Positions 49,391 through 58,282 of a stretch of DNA of 64,000 bases are shown piece by piece (the stretch's first letter is position 1; each line of letters begins with the position of its first letter). A model generated the notes under the pieces. It was given only the letters and a program-made list of their open reading frames with translations. It was not told the origin of the DNA and ran no database searches. The DNA is taken from NCBI GenBank assembly GCA_016191285.1, contig JACPPA010000036.1, positions 17,788 to 81,787 of the forward strand, given 5' to 3'. Position numbers and translations under genes: made by a program. The stretch is from Gammaproteobacteria bacterium (GTDB taxonomy: Bacteria; Pseudomonadota; Gammaproteobacteria; Ga0077536).

Positions 49391-50428
49391 ATGACGGAGG
49401 CCGAGCGATTTCCCTTTGTTGAAGTGCACGGCGCCGCGCACGCGCGTGGCCACGCCTATGGCACGGCGTTTCGTGAGCGGATTCGAGCGACATGGCGGTT
49501 CTACGTGGGTACTGTTTTTGCGTCGAGCAATTTGTCGGTGCCGCAGATCGCGCAACGCGCCGCGCGCGTGCGCGAACTCATTTTTGATTTCAATGCCGAG
49601 TATTGCACTGAGATTGAGGCCGTCGCGGCAGCCTCCGGCCTCGCGAACTGGGAGGTCTATGCGCTTAATGCACGGACTGAAATATTGAATGCCGAAGTCG
49701 GTGAATGCACCGCGGTCTTTCTGCCGGAATCCCGCGTGCTCGGTCAAACCTGGGATTGGATCGAAGCGCTGGAAGCTTTAGTCGCCGTCACCCGATACGT
49801 GCGTGACGATGGGCACCGCATCGTGACGTTGGCGGAACCCGGTCAGCTCGCGAAGATTGGAATGAATTCTGCCGGTATCGGCGTGTGTTTGAATTTTCTG
49901 GCGGCGCCGCATGCGCTAGAGGGCGTGCCGGTCCATGTGCTAATTCGGGCGATCTTGGATTGCCGAGGAATGGACGAGGTGAGGCAGGTAATTGCGCGCG
50001 CGGGCTATGGCAAAGCGAGTCATTTTTTGATCGCTGATGATCGAGGGGAGGTCTTGAGCATCGAATTCGAAGGCACGGGTAGCGCCTTGGTGGAACCTGT
50101 TGACGGCATCTACGCCCACACCAACCATTGCATCGCCGCGACACGCGGCGCCAAGCGTTACGTCATCCCTACCTCGGCCGAGCGCCTGGTGGCGGCCCAC
50201 AAACTTGCGAGTCGTCAGCGCCGTGGCGGGGTGCGGGAGTTGCAACGCATCCTCGATTTCGACGACGGCACACCGGCTGCCGTACGGGTGCGCTATCGAC
50301 CGGAGCCCTTGCTGGGCGGCTCGAAGATCGGAAGTTGCGCGACCATCATCATGGATCTGCCAGCGCGCACCATGCATCTCAAGAAAGGACCAGTCGCCGA
50401 CGGCGCCTATACGAATATCGCGGTTTGA
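49391..50428 (+). CDS. C45-family Ntn hydrolase/acyltransferase
   Basis: LNARTE, GECT autocleavage Cys, GQTWDW, GMNSAG, HTNH. Confidence 0.88.
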   Translation: MTEAERFPFVEVHGAAHARGHAYGTAFRERIRATWRFYVGTVFASSNLSVPQIAQRAARVRELIFDFNAEYCTEIEAVAAASGLANWEVYALNARTEILNAEVGECTAVFLPESRVLGQTWDWIEALEALVAVTRYVRDDGHRIVTLAEPGQLAKIGMNSAGIGVCLNFLAAPHALEGVPVHVLIRAILDCRGMDEVRQVIARAGYGKASHFLIADDRGEVLSIEFEGTGSALVEPVDGIYAHTNHCIAATRGAKRYVIPTSAERLVAAHKLASRQRRGGVRELQRILDFDDGTPAAVRVRYRPEPLLGGSKIGSCATIIMDLPARTMHLKKGPVADGAYTNIAV

Positions 50429-50461
50429 TCCACGGTTTACCCTGGGCACCGTCTGATTTAG

Positions 50462-51196
50462 TTAATCGATCCGGCGCTTGATCGACGGAATCAACATCGG
50501 CACCTGCTTCCGGTAGTCCCGATAGGCATCTTGAAAATGCGCGACCAAATCGCGTTCTTCGAGAAATATCCCAATCAACATATAGGCAGTCGTTGCGACG
50601 GCGAACAAGAGATGCGCCGTGGTCATCACGGGCGTCGCCCAGAAGGCCACCGTGAAGCCAAAGTAAATCGGATGACGTACATACTTGTAGAACATAGGCG
50701 TGCGCAGGGCGGTGGGCGGAACCGCCTTCTCGAGAAAATTGAAATACACCTGACGAAGACCGAATAGTTCGAAATGATCAATCAGAAAAGTACTGATGAG
50801 GACCACCAGCCAGCCAAGCGCACACAGCGCCCACAACACGTAACTGAATCCGCTGCCGGATAGATCCCACAGCACCGCGCCAAACGGTCGCCACTGCCAA
50901 TAAAGCAGGATCAATGCGAGATTGGTGAACAGCACATAGGTACTGCGCTCGATCGGCGGCGGCACCAGCGTAGTCCACCAACGCTTGAAGCCCTGGCGCG
51001 CCATGACGCTGTGCTGAACTGCAAATACTCCCAGCACCGCGAGATCGATGATGATGGCGAGCCCGGTCGATGTCGACGGTCCCACATCCATCGACTTTGG
51101 GACGAGAAAATTGCCGACGAAGCCAACGGCGTAAAGAAAAGTACCCAGAAACATGAGGTAACACAGGACGCCATACAATGCGAAGACGATGCGCAT
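50462..51196 (-). CDS. mddA: methanethiol S-methyltransferase MddA-like membrane protein
   Basis: FAVQHSVMARQGFKRWWT, IERSTYVL, WQWRP, HFELFGLRQV, YVRHPIY, EERDL. Confidence 0.82.
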   Translation of the reverse strand: MRIVFALYGVLCYLMFLGTFLYAVGFVGNFLVPKSMDVGPSTSTGLAIIIDLAVLGVFAVQHSVMARQGFKRWWTTLVPPPIERSTYVLFTNLALILLYWQWRPFGAVLWDLSGSGFSYVLWALCALGWLVVLISTFLIDHFELFGLRQVYFNFLEKAVPPTALRTPMFYKYVRHPIYFGFTVAFWATPVMTTAHLLFAVATTAYMLIGIFLEERDLVAHFQDAYRDYRKQVPMLIPSIKRRID

Positions 51197-51331
51197 GATC
51201 GAGCCCCCCTCCAGATATCCTAACGCAATGCTACTGCGGTCAGAAGCCGAATGGTATGTGTGGATCGAAAGAACGTCGATTAATCAATACATGGCCATGA
51301 TCGCTGCTGCACTCGCAATGACGAGCTTCGT

Positions 51332-51764
51332 CTAAATAGTCGCATTGTAATAGGCTCAAGAAGAGGCACCCGACCTGAATGGCACTTGTTTAAGTGCGGT
51401 TTACGCCGTCACCCCGTGCGCCGAGCACTGGGTCCAGTGAAAAATGAATTCATTGTTTGCCTGGACCCCGGATATTCGCTTTGCGAATTCCGGGGTGACG
51501 GGCGGCGATTCGAGTTTTTACACGTCCGCTTCGCTGGAATAACGAAGGGCCAAGAGTGCGCATCGTTCCCGGCATTTCAGCTTTTGTAAGTGCGATTCGA
51601 ACCCGGCCTAAATTGTGAGGTCCGTCATCCCGGGCGAAGCGGCATCAGCCGCGCCGATCCGGGAGCCAGGGGCGCCTGACATACTGGCGGGATCCCGCCC
51701 CGGATAGTCGCTGCGCGAATTCCGGGGTGACGTCTATAAGGGCTGCGCACTTTCCGGGCTGACG
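51332..51764 (-). repeat. composite palindromic repeat, copy 2 (nested MITE at 51377-51598)
   Basis: reverse complement of 14274-14649 with ~58 bp extra inside the nested MITE. Confidence 0.85.
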
Positions 51765-51834
51765 GGGTTCTCGGCATCCGGTGTCGACACCGCCTCGAAG
51801 CCTGCGTTGGTCTTAAGTTACAGTGCGGGCTATT

Positions 51835-52254
51835 TTAGGATTTCGGATCAAAATCGAGACGATCAAGCGGTGTCATTTCGCGCTCGAGACCCCTGCGTTT
51901 GGGCAGTTCGAGTGTGCCGGTTAAATCGAAGGCGCTGATCACTCGTGGGTCGGTAATCTCGCGATCGGCTTCCAGATCCGCGGCAATCACGTTGGCGAGT
52001 GAACTCCACAGCGCTTCGGGAATATGGTCGTGCTCCAGCCAGTCGGTATTCCGCGCCAGGATCCAGGCGTCCCAGAAATTGAGGGCGACAATGAGTTTCT
52101 GATAGCGATGGTCGCCCCCACTTTTTAAGAGCGCTTGAGTCTCAAGGAATCCGGCGCCGATTTGCTCATAGCGCCGGAGCTTATGCAGTCCCGCATCGCG
52201 GGTGAGGGCTAAGGCCAGGCGATGGCGGATCCAGTCATAGTCCTTCTCGGTCAT
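51835..52254 (-). CDS. hypothetical protein
   Basis: 139-aa ORF with upstream AGGGG; no recognised motif. Confidence 0.6.
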   Translation of the reverse strand: MTEKDYDWIRHRLALALTRDAGLHKLRRYEQIGAGFLETQALLKSGGDHRYQKLIVALNFWDAWILARNTDWLEHDHIPEALWSSLANVIAADLEADREITDPRVISAFDLTGTLELPKRRGLEREMTPLDRLDFDPKS

Positions 52255-52336
52255 TGTGCCCCCTAAGGTTCGCGATCGACTTACTCGGATTAAGGCCGTA
52301 CACAGTCACGGCCCAAAGGATAGGCCGATTCTTGAA

Positions 52337-53350
52337 CTACCGAAACGCCGGAATCACTTCCTTGGCGAATAACTCGAGGTGTTCCTCGCTCCACTTCGGA
52401 TTAATTCCAGGCGGGACCGCCCAGCTATACCAGCGCGTCGTGCCGGTGGCGGCGGCGTAGTCCTTAATCATTTGTACGGCCTGCGGCGGTTCAACGATGT
52501 GAAATCCGCTGGCTTCCAGTTCCGCGCGATCTGCGTTGACCGGGTGGAAGAAATCCATGCCCGCATCCTTAAACCACTTGGCGTAATGATTGAGTTGGTA
52601 GGCGAAGTGCTCCTTAGCTTCGTGCCAGCGTTTATCCGGATCGCGGGCGACCAATAGCCACATATAGCCGCCCGCGATCTCGTGTTGTGTCGGATCCTTG
52701 CCGATCTTTTTCAGCTGCTCCCAATACAGATTCGCGAACGGGCTGATTGGGCCGGTCGCGATATAGCCGTGACCGACGCGCGCGGCGCGGCGCACGGCCA
52801 CGTTGCTGAAACCGGCGATCCAAAGTTTCGGTGGCGTTTGCACTGGACCCGGGTGCAGTTGAATGTCGTTGTACGTGTAGTGCTTGCCCTTGAACGTAAA
52901 ACGTTCACCAGCGAACAAGCGCTGGATGATTTCGATGCCCTCATCCATTCTGCCGGCGCGTTCCTTGGCATCGATATTAAAACCAGTGAATTCTTCGACG
53001 CGATAGCCGACGCCTAAGCCGAGTTCGAGGCGGCCATTCGAAATAATGTCGAGGGTGGCCGCATCTTCGGCCACGCGCACCGGATCATGCAGCGGCAGCA
53101 ACAACACACTGGTGCCGATACGCACGCGCTTGGTACGGGCCGCGATGGCGCACCCGATAGGCAGCATCGACGGCGAATAGCCGTCCGCGATGAAATGATG
53201 TTCGGACAACCAGATGTCATCGAAGCCGAGCTGCTCGGCATACACGATTTGATCGAGCGTCGCGGCATAGAGATCCGCGATTGGACGCTTGGCCGATGAC
53301 GGGTTCCGGAAGTCGTACCAAAGACCGAAACTTAAGGGGCGGGTGTTCAC
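52337..53350 (-). CDS. LLM-class flavin-dependent oxidoreductase
   Basis: WLSEHHF, PLHDPVRVAEDAATLD, GLGVGYR. Confidence 0.92.
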   Translation of the reverse strand: MNTRPLSFGLWYDFRNPSSAKRPIADLYAATLDQIVYAEQLGFDDIWLSEHHFIADGYSPSMLPIGCAIAARTKRVRIGTSVLLLPLHDPVRVAEDAATLDIISNGRLELGLGVGYRVEEFTGFNIDAKERAGRMDEGIEIIQRLFAGERFTFKGKHYTYNDIQLHPGPVQTPPKLWIAGFSNVAVRRAARVGHGYIATGPISPFANLYWEQLKKIGKDPTQHEIAGGYMWLLVARDPDKRWHEAKEHFAYQLNHYAKWFKDAGMDFFHPVNADRAELEASGFHIVEPPQAVQMIKDYAAATGTTRWYSWAVPPGINPKWSEEHLELFAKEVIPAFR

Positions 53351-53440
53351 GTCAATAGCTCCTGAATTTTGAGACTGGTTCTAGTGCGCTGTCCCACACT
53401 GGACTTTAGTCGATCGACACATTGCATGCCTGGGGCCGTT

Positions 53441-53558
53441 GTGGGAGCGGCTTTAGCGGCGAATCTTCATCCCCACGACCATTCGCGGCTAAAGCCGCTC
53501 CCACAATGCGGCGAGTCTTTATTGAAAGTGATCCCTTCACCGCTAAAGCGGCTCCCAC
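53441..53558. repeat. REP cluster (doublet plus partial copies)
   Basis: GTGGGAGCGGCTTTAGCGGCGAA ... TTCGCGGCTAAAGCCGCTCCCAC ... CGCTAAAGCGGCTCCCAC. Confidence 0.85.
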
Positions 53559-53589
53559 AATAGAAACGGGTCCATTGCGGGACAGCACA

Positions 53590-54378
53590 CTAGTCAAGCA
53601 GCAAGCCACGTAGCCGGCTCTGCCATTCATAGTTGGTGAAATCGAGTTGGATGGGCGTGACGGAGACGGCGTTTTGCTGGATGGCATGGAGATCGGTATC
53701 CGGCTGCTTTTCGCCTTCTGGATAACTTAATTTTACCCAGTAATAGGGCACCTGCCGGCCATCCACGCGAGCATCGATGCTGAACGCTCCGGGCGGACGC
53801 TGACCTTGACGAGTGACACGGATCTCGGTGATGTCATCCGGTCCGCAATCCGGAAAATTGATGTTAATTAAACTCTGCGCGGGCCAGGCCTCGTCCGCGA
53901 TCAGTTTGTGCAGCAGCCCCGGTGCGTATTGGCGGGCGCCTTCCCAGCTCGCTTGGCCGGCAAGCGGCCGCACGACGCTTAAGGCTATAGAGCGCACTCC
54001 AAGCAAAGTGCCTTCCATCGCCGCGGCGATAGTGCCGGAATAGGTCACGTCTTCAGCGAGATTAGCGCCATTGTTGAAACCCGAGAGCACTAACGTCGGT
54101 TTGTGATCTTTCATGACTTCGTGGAAGGCCATCAACACACAATCAGTCGGCGTGCCGACCACGGCATAGCTTTTTTCACTGACTCGTCTGAGCCTGATGG
54201 GCACGTGCAGCGAGATCGAATGGCTCGCGCCGCTCCGTTCGTGGTCGGGCGCCACCACCCAAACATCGTCGGTGAATTCGCGCACGATTTCCTCGAGTAT
54301 CTTGATCCCCGGAGCCTCGATGCCATCATCGTTCGTGATCAAGATGCGGGTGCTAGGAAAGGGCTTGCGTTTACTCAT
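53590..54378 (-). CDS. surE: 5'/3'-nucleotidase SurE
   Basis: ILITNDDG, SGASHS, GTPTDC, YSGTIAAAMEG. Confidence 0.93.
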   Translation of the reverse strand: MSKRKPFPSTRILITNDDGIEAPGIKILEEIVREFTDDVWVVAPDHERSGASHSISLHVPIRLRRVSEKSYAVVGTPTDCVLMAFHEVMKDHKPTLVLSGFNNGANLAEDVTYSGTIAAAMEGTLLGVRSIALSVVRPLAGQASWEGARQYAPGLLHKLIADEAWPAQSLININFPDCGPDDITEIRVTRQGQRPPGAFSIDARVDGRQVPYYWVKLSYPEGEKQPDTDLHAIQQNAVSVTPIQLDFTNYEWQSRLRGLLLD

Positions 54379-54430
54379 GGGAGCCGATGTTGGGAGTCGT
54401 GGGTCGAAGAATAATCGATTGCGGTCTCAA

Positions 54431-55189
54431 TCACACGCCAGCAATTGCCGTGCCGGTGGGAGCGCGACCGCCCGTCACGACGTCGTGTGCAATTCGTCCA
54501 TCGGCAAGGCCGATTTGGCGCGACGCGCGTCGTCCGAGCGCCGGATCGTGGGTGACGACAATTAACGTTACGCCCTCGCGGGAGTGCAGCCCTTCAAGAA
54601 TGTCGATGACTTGCGCCCCGGACGCGGAATCGAGATTACCCGTCGGTTCGTCGGCCAACAAAATTGCCGGCTTCATGATCGTCGCGCGCGCGATGGCGAC
54701 GCGCTGGCGTTGGCCGCCGGAGAGTTCGTTGGGGCGATGATGGGCGCGGTCCGCAAGTCCGAGATCGGCCAGTACCGCGCTCACGCGGCGGGCGCGTTGG
54801 CTGGCCGCCACGCCAGCCAACGTCAGCGGCAGTTCGACGTTTTGTGCGGCTGTCATGCGTGGTACTAAATGAAAGAACTGAAACACAAATCCGATCGAGC
54901 GGCTACGCGCCGCAGCCAGTGCATTGTCATCCAAGGTCGTCACATCCACGCCGTTCAAGCAATACGCACCGCTGCTCGGCCGATCGAGTAGCGCGATTAA
55001 GTTAAGCAGCGTGGACTTACCAGAACCCGACGGCCCCATGATCGAAACGTATTCGCCAGCGCGTAGGTTTAAATCCACGCCGACAACTGCATGAACTGTC
55101 TGATCGCCGAGCACGAAAGTTTTCGTGATGCCGGCAAGCGCGATCAGCGGCGCGGCGGCCTCGCCGTCAGGTGTCGTCGCGGCCGTCAT
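54431..55189 (-). CDS. ABC transporter ATP-binding protein (LolD/MacB-type)
   Basis: GPSGSGKST, LSGGQRQR, ADEPTGNLD. Confidence 0.94.
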   Translation of the reverse strand: MTAATTPDGEAAAPLIALAGITKTFVLGDQTVHAVVGVDLNLRAGEYVSIMGPSGSGKSTLLNLIALLDRPSSGAYCLNGVDVTTLDDNALAAARSRSIGFVFQFFHLVPRMTAAQNVELPLTLAGVAASQRARRVSAVLADLGLADRAHHRPNELSGGQRQRVAIARATIMKPAILLADEPTGNLDSASGAQVIDILEGLHSREGVTLIVVTHDPALGRRASRQIGLADGRIAHDVVTGGRAPTGTAIAGV

Positions 55190-56312
55190 CGGGAGTGGCG
55201 CGCACGCCGGCTTTCACGTCCTTGCGACCGACCGAGGTCACCACCTGCTCGCCGGCACGGAGTCCGTCGATGACTTCGGTAAACTCCCAATTCGAGAGCC
55301 CGGGTTTGAACGCGCGTTTGGTGAGCAATTGCGTTTCGGGATCGTAGACCAAGACCTCATGGCCATTGATCACCGCCTCGGTTGGGATGCGGAGTACCTT
55401 GGTATGTTCGTTAATCAAGATCTCGATATCGGCGCTATATCCGGGCATCAGATTGGCGCGCGCCGCGGCGTCCTTCAGTTCAACTTCAACTTCCACCGTG
55501 CGCGCTTGTTTCTCCCGCTCCAGGACGTATGGCGCGACGCGGCGCACGATCGCGCCGCAGCGCTTGGTGGGAAAGGCGTCGAGGGATACACACGCTGGCA
55601 TTCCCACTTGAATCGCGGGCGCATCCACTTCGTCGATCGGCGCCGACACATACATGCAAGACAAATCGATTAAATCGATCGCTGGCAGTGTGGCGATCCC
55701 AGTGGGGGAGGGGGTGATGAATTCGCCGAGCTTGGCGTTGAGCTCCGCCACTACGCCGGTAAACGGCGCGCGCAGGCGGGATTTCTCGATTTGCGCTTCG
55801 ACCACCCCGTGCCGTGCGGTCGCGGTCGCGATACTCGCGCGGGCCGCGGCGCACGTGGCGCGCGAAGTCGCGACACGGGTTCGTGCAGTGTCGAAAACAT
55901 CTTCGGCGACGAGTTTGCGTTTCACCAGTTGACCTTGGCGCGCGGCTTCGCGGGTCGCGAACGCCGCTGTCGCGCACGCATCGTCAGCGCGCCGTTGAGT
56001 GGCGACGATATCCGTTTCAGCTTGCTTCAGTTCGGCTTTCAGATCCTCGCTCCAAATCTCCATCAGTACCTGACCTTTTTCAACGCGGTCACCTTCCCGC
56101 ACCGGCAATACCGCGACTTGACCGGGCAGCGACGGCGACATCTTGGCGCGCGCGCAGGCTTCGACGGTGCCGACGCGAGTATTCGCAACCGTTGCGCGAA
56201 CCGTGCCTTCGACAACGGGCTGCAACAACACTGCAACGGGTTTGGATCTGGTAAACCACCATGTGCTGGCACCTAGGCCAGACAAGATGATTACCAAAAT
56301 TAACCAACGCAT
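55167..56312 (-). CDS. MacA/HlyD-type periplasmic adaptor
   Basis: N-terminal TM, lipoyl halves VREGDRVEKGQ and RAPFTGVV, coiled coil. Confidence 0.9.
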   Translation of the reverse strand: MRWLILVIILSGLGASTWWFTRSKPVAVLLQPVVEGTVRATVANTRVGTVEACARAKMSPSLPGQVAVLPVREGDRVEKGQVLMEIWSEDLKAELKQAETDIVATQRRADDACATAAFATREAARQGQLVKRKLVAEDVFDTARTRVATSRATCAAARASIATATARHGVVEAQIEKSRLRAPFTGVVAELNAKLGEFITPSPTGIATLPAIDLIDLSCMYVSAPIDEVDAPAIQVGMPACVSLDAFPTKRCGAIVRRVAPYVLEREKQARTVEVEVELKDAAARANLMPGYSADIEILINEHTKVLRIPTEAVINGHEVLVYDPETQLLTKRAFKPGLSNWEFTEVIDGLRAGEQVVTSVGRKDVKAGVRATPDDGRDDT

Positions 56313-56486
56313 AATGCAATCTTAACGTGAAGGCCACGCGATTGCCTGCGCGTGATGGGGATTGCACCGTCGTCCCGGCGAAGGTCGGGAGCACGCCGGA
56401 ATGACGCTAAGGTGAAACGTGGCGCCCCTAAGGCGATCCGTATTTCCGCTTCGCGATTTAGACGTTTTACCGCCGCGGGAGTAAAG

Positions 56487-57317
56487 ATGGAGAGCATTAA
56501 CGCGCGTAACACCGCGTGTTTTGGTGTGACGCGAAGGATAGTTGTCGGTGTAATGGTGATGGCGATGTACGCAACCGCTGCCGGTGCCGCGGGAGCTTCG
56601 CCGACCGTGGCCTACACCTGGTGGGCGAGTGTACTTGCCGGGTTTGTCGATGACAGCGGGCGGACTAATTTCACGGCGCTTACCCAGTCGCGCGCCGATC
56701 TTGATCGGTTCGTGACGTGGATTGCGGAGGTTAGTCCGCGTAGTGACCCGCGCGCTTTTCCCACGCGCGCGGCGGCACTCGCCTATCATCTGAACGCCTA
56801 TAACGCGCTGGCGATGGCTGGGGTAATCGACGCAGGTATCCCACGGGATTTTGCGAGCTTTTTTAAGCGCCGGCGCTTTTTCAATTGGCGTACGGTAAAA
56901 GTCGGCGGTGAGGATACCAATTTGTCCGCGTATGAAAACGAAGTCATCCGCCCGTTCGGCGATCCTCGCGTGCACTTCGCGCTGAATTGCATGGTGCGAG
57001 ATTGTCCGCGCCTGCCGCGCACGCCATTTCAAGCAGAGACTCTCGATACGACGCTGAATGCGCTAACCTTCGAATTCTTCACCCAAGCGAATCATTTACG
57101 GATTGCCGACGCGACGCGCGAGCTCTGGGTGTCGTCATTGCTCAAGTTTTATACCGCGGACTTTATCGGTGACGCAGAACAGCCGCATCTTGTCGAATTC
57201 ATCAATCGATATCGCGACATTCCCCTACCGGCGGGCTATCGCTTGCGGTTCTTGGATTACGACTGGACGGTGAATCGTCAGCTAGCGGCACGCGCCCCAC
57301 CAGGGTTCGCGAACTAG
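56487..57317 (+). CDS. DUF547 domain exported protein
   Basis: LAYHLNAYNA, DPRVHFALNC..CPRL, YDWTVN. Confidence 0.85.
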   Translation: MESINARNTACFGVTRRIVVGVMVMAMYATAAGAAGASPTVAYTWWASVLAGFVDDSGRTNFTALTQSRADLDRFVTWIAEVSPRSDPRAFPTRAAALAYHLNAYNALAMAGVIDAGIPRDFASFFKRRRFFNWRTVKVGGEDTNLSAYENEVIRPFGDPRVHFALNCMVRDCPRLPRTPFQAETLDTTLNALTFEFFTQANHLRIADATRELWVSSLLKFYTADFIGDAEQPHLVEFINRYRDIPLPAGYRLRFLDYDWTVNRQLAARAPPGFAN

Positions 57318-57335
57318 TATCGGCGACTTTTTATT

Positions 57336-57399
57336 GTGGGAGCGGCTTTAGCCGCGAATAGGCTTTTTTAAAAAATTTCGCCGCTAAAGCGGCTCCCAC
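57336..57399. repeat. REP doublet (REPIN)
   Basis: GTGGGAGCGGCTTTAGCCGCGAA ... TTCGCCGCTAAAGCGGCTCCCAC. Confidence 0.85.
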
Positions 57400-57551
57400 A
57401 AAGCGCCGCCAGCGAGGTAGCGCTACGTGCGCCCCCGGCTACCCTCTTTCAGGCGCTATGGATACGAGCGCTTATTGCCAGACCTTGCGGTCCGCTTGCA
57501 TCGCGGTAGGATATCGCGAGTGCCAGTCTACTCAGCGCTGAAGGAAACCGG

Positions 57552-58187
57552 ATGCCAACACCTAAGTCTGCTTCGAGTTCGATTCCAAGAAAGTCGGCGA
57601 GTATCGCTAAGTTGAAGCGCCCAACGGTGAAACGTCCGCCACGCGCCGGTGTTAAGCGCGTTGATGTTGCACCCGAGTTCATGGAACGCGAGCGCGTGGG
57701 ACGTTACAAAAAATTGCGATCGTCCGCCAAGGCTTTCATCGATACCAAATTGCCGAATGGCGAGCGCGAAATCCTGACCGTGATCGGGCGTGGCGTGATT
57801 GAAGACGCAGAGCTCGCGCCACCGATCAAAGACAACAAGGATTTCAATGTCGCCTATGTCCGCGCCAAGCACGGCTGCGGCGCGACCCTGCATATTCACG
57901 AAACCAACGAAGTGTTCGTGCCCTTGCAAGGACATTGGGGTGTCTATTGGCAAAATAAGAATGGGGCGCGCCACGAAGTCGTGTTGGAGCCGTATGACAC
58001 GATATCGGTCCCGATTGGCGTCTCGCGCGGCTTTCGCTATCTCGGAAAAGGGGAGGGACTGATGATGGCGATTGTCGGCGGCACCGATCCAGGCCGCGTG
58101 CACTGGCCCAAGGAGACCGTGGACGAAGCAAAAAAGCATGGCTTTGTGCTGCGTAACGGCGATCTGGTCGAAATTAAATCGAAATAA
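57552..58187 (+). CDS. cupin domain protein
   Basis: LHIHETNEVF (HxH..E), DTISVPIGVSRGF; basic low-complexity N-terminus. Confidence 0.8.
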   Translation: MPTPKSASSSIPRKSASIAKLKRPTVKRPPRAGVKRVDVAPEFMERERVGRYKKLRSSAKAFIDTKLPNGEREILTVIGRGVIEDAELAPPIKDNKDFNVAYVRAKHGCGATLHIHETNEVFVPLQGHWGVYWQNKNGARHEVVLEPYDTISVPIGVSRGFRYLGKGEGLMMAIVGGTDPGRVHWPKETVDEAKKHGFVLRNGDLVEIKSK

Positions 58188-58188
58188 A

Positions 58189-58257
58189 GATTCGCGGCCA
58201 AATCCGCTCCCACAGAAGAGGGGCTCGTTATTGTGGGAGCTGCTTTAGCCGCGAATC
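58189..58257. repeat. outward-facing REP pair
   Basis: GATTCGCGGCCAAATCCGCTCCCAC ... GTGGGAGCTGCTTTAGCCGCGAATC. Confidence 0.75.
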
Positions 58258-58282
58258 TTATTCGATGAAATCGAACTCACCC

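Noticed and set aside
14274-51764. Inversion between the two composite repeats as the cause of the split ABC operon
   Set aside because: Inverting this segment would put the permeases on the opposite strand and would not join them to the ATPase.
53441-53558. Repeated ~23-bp units as a possible CRISPR array
   Set aside because: The units are inverted REP doublets with irregular spacing, and no cas genes are present.
36996-54448. GCAATTGC at both ABC-half junctions as a possible att site or TSD
   Set aside because: It is an 8-bp palindrome inside coding sequence and is easily due to chance.
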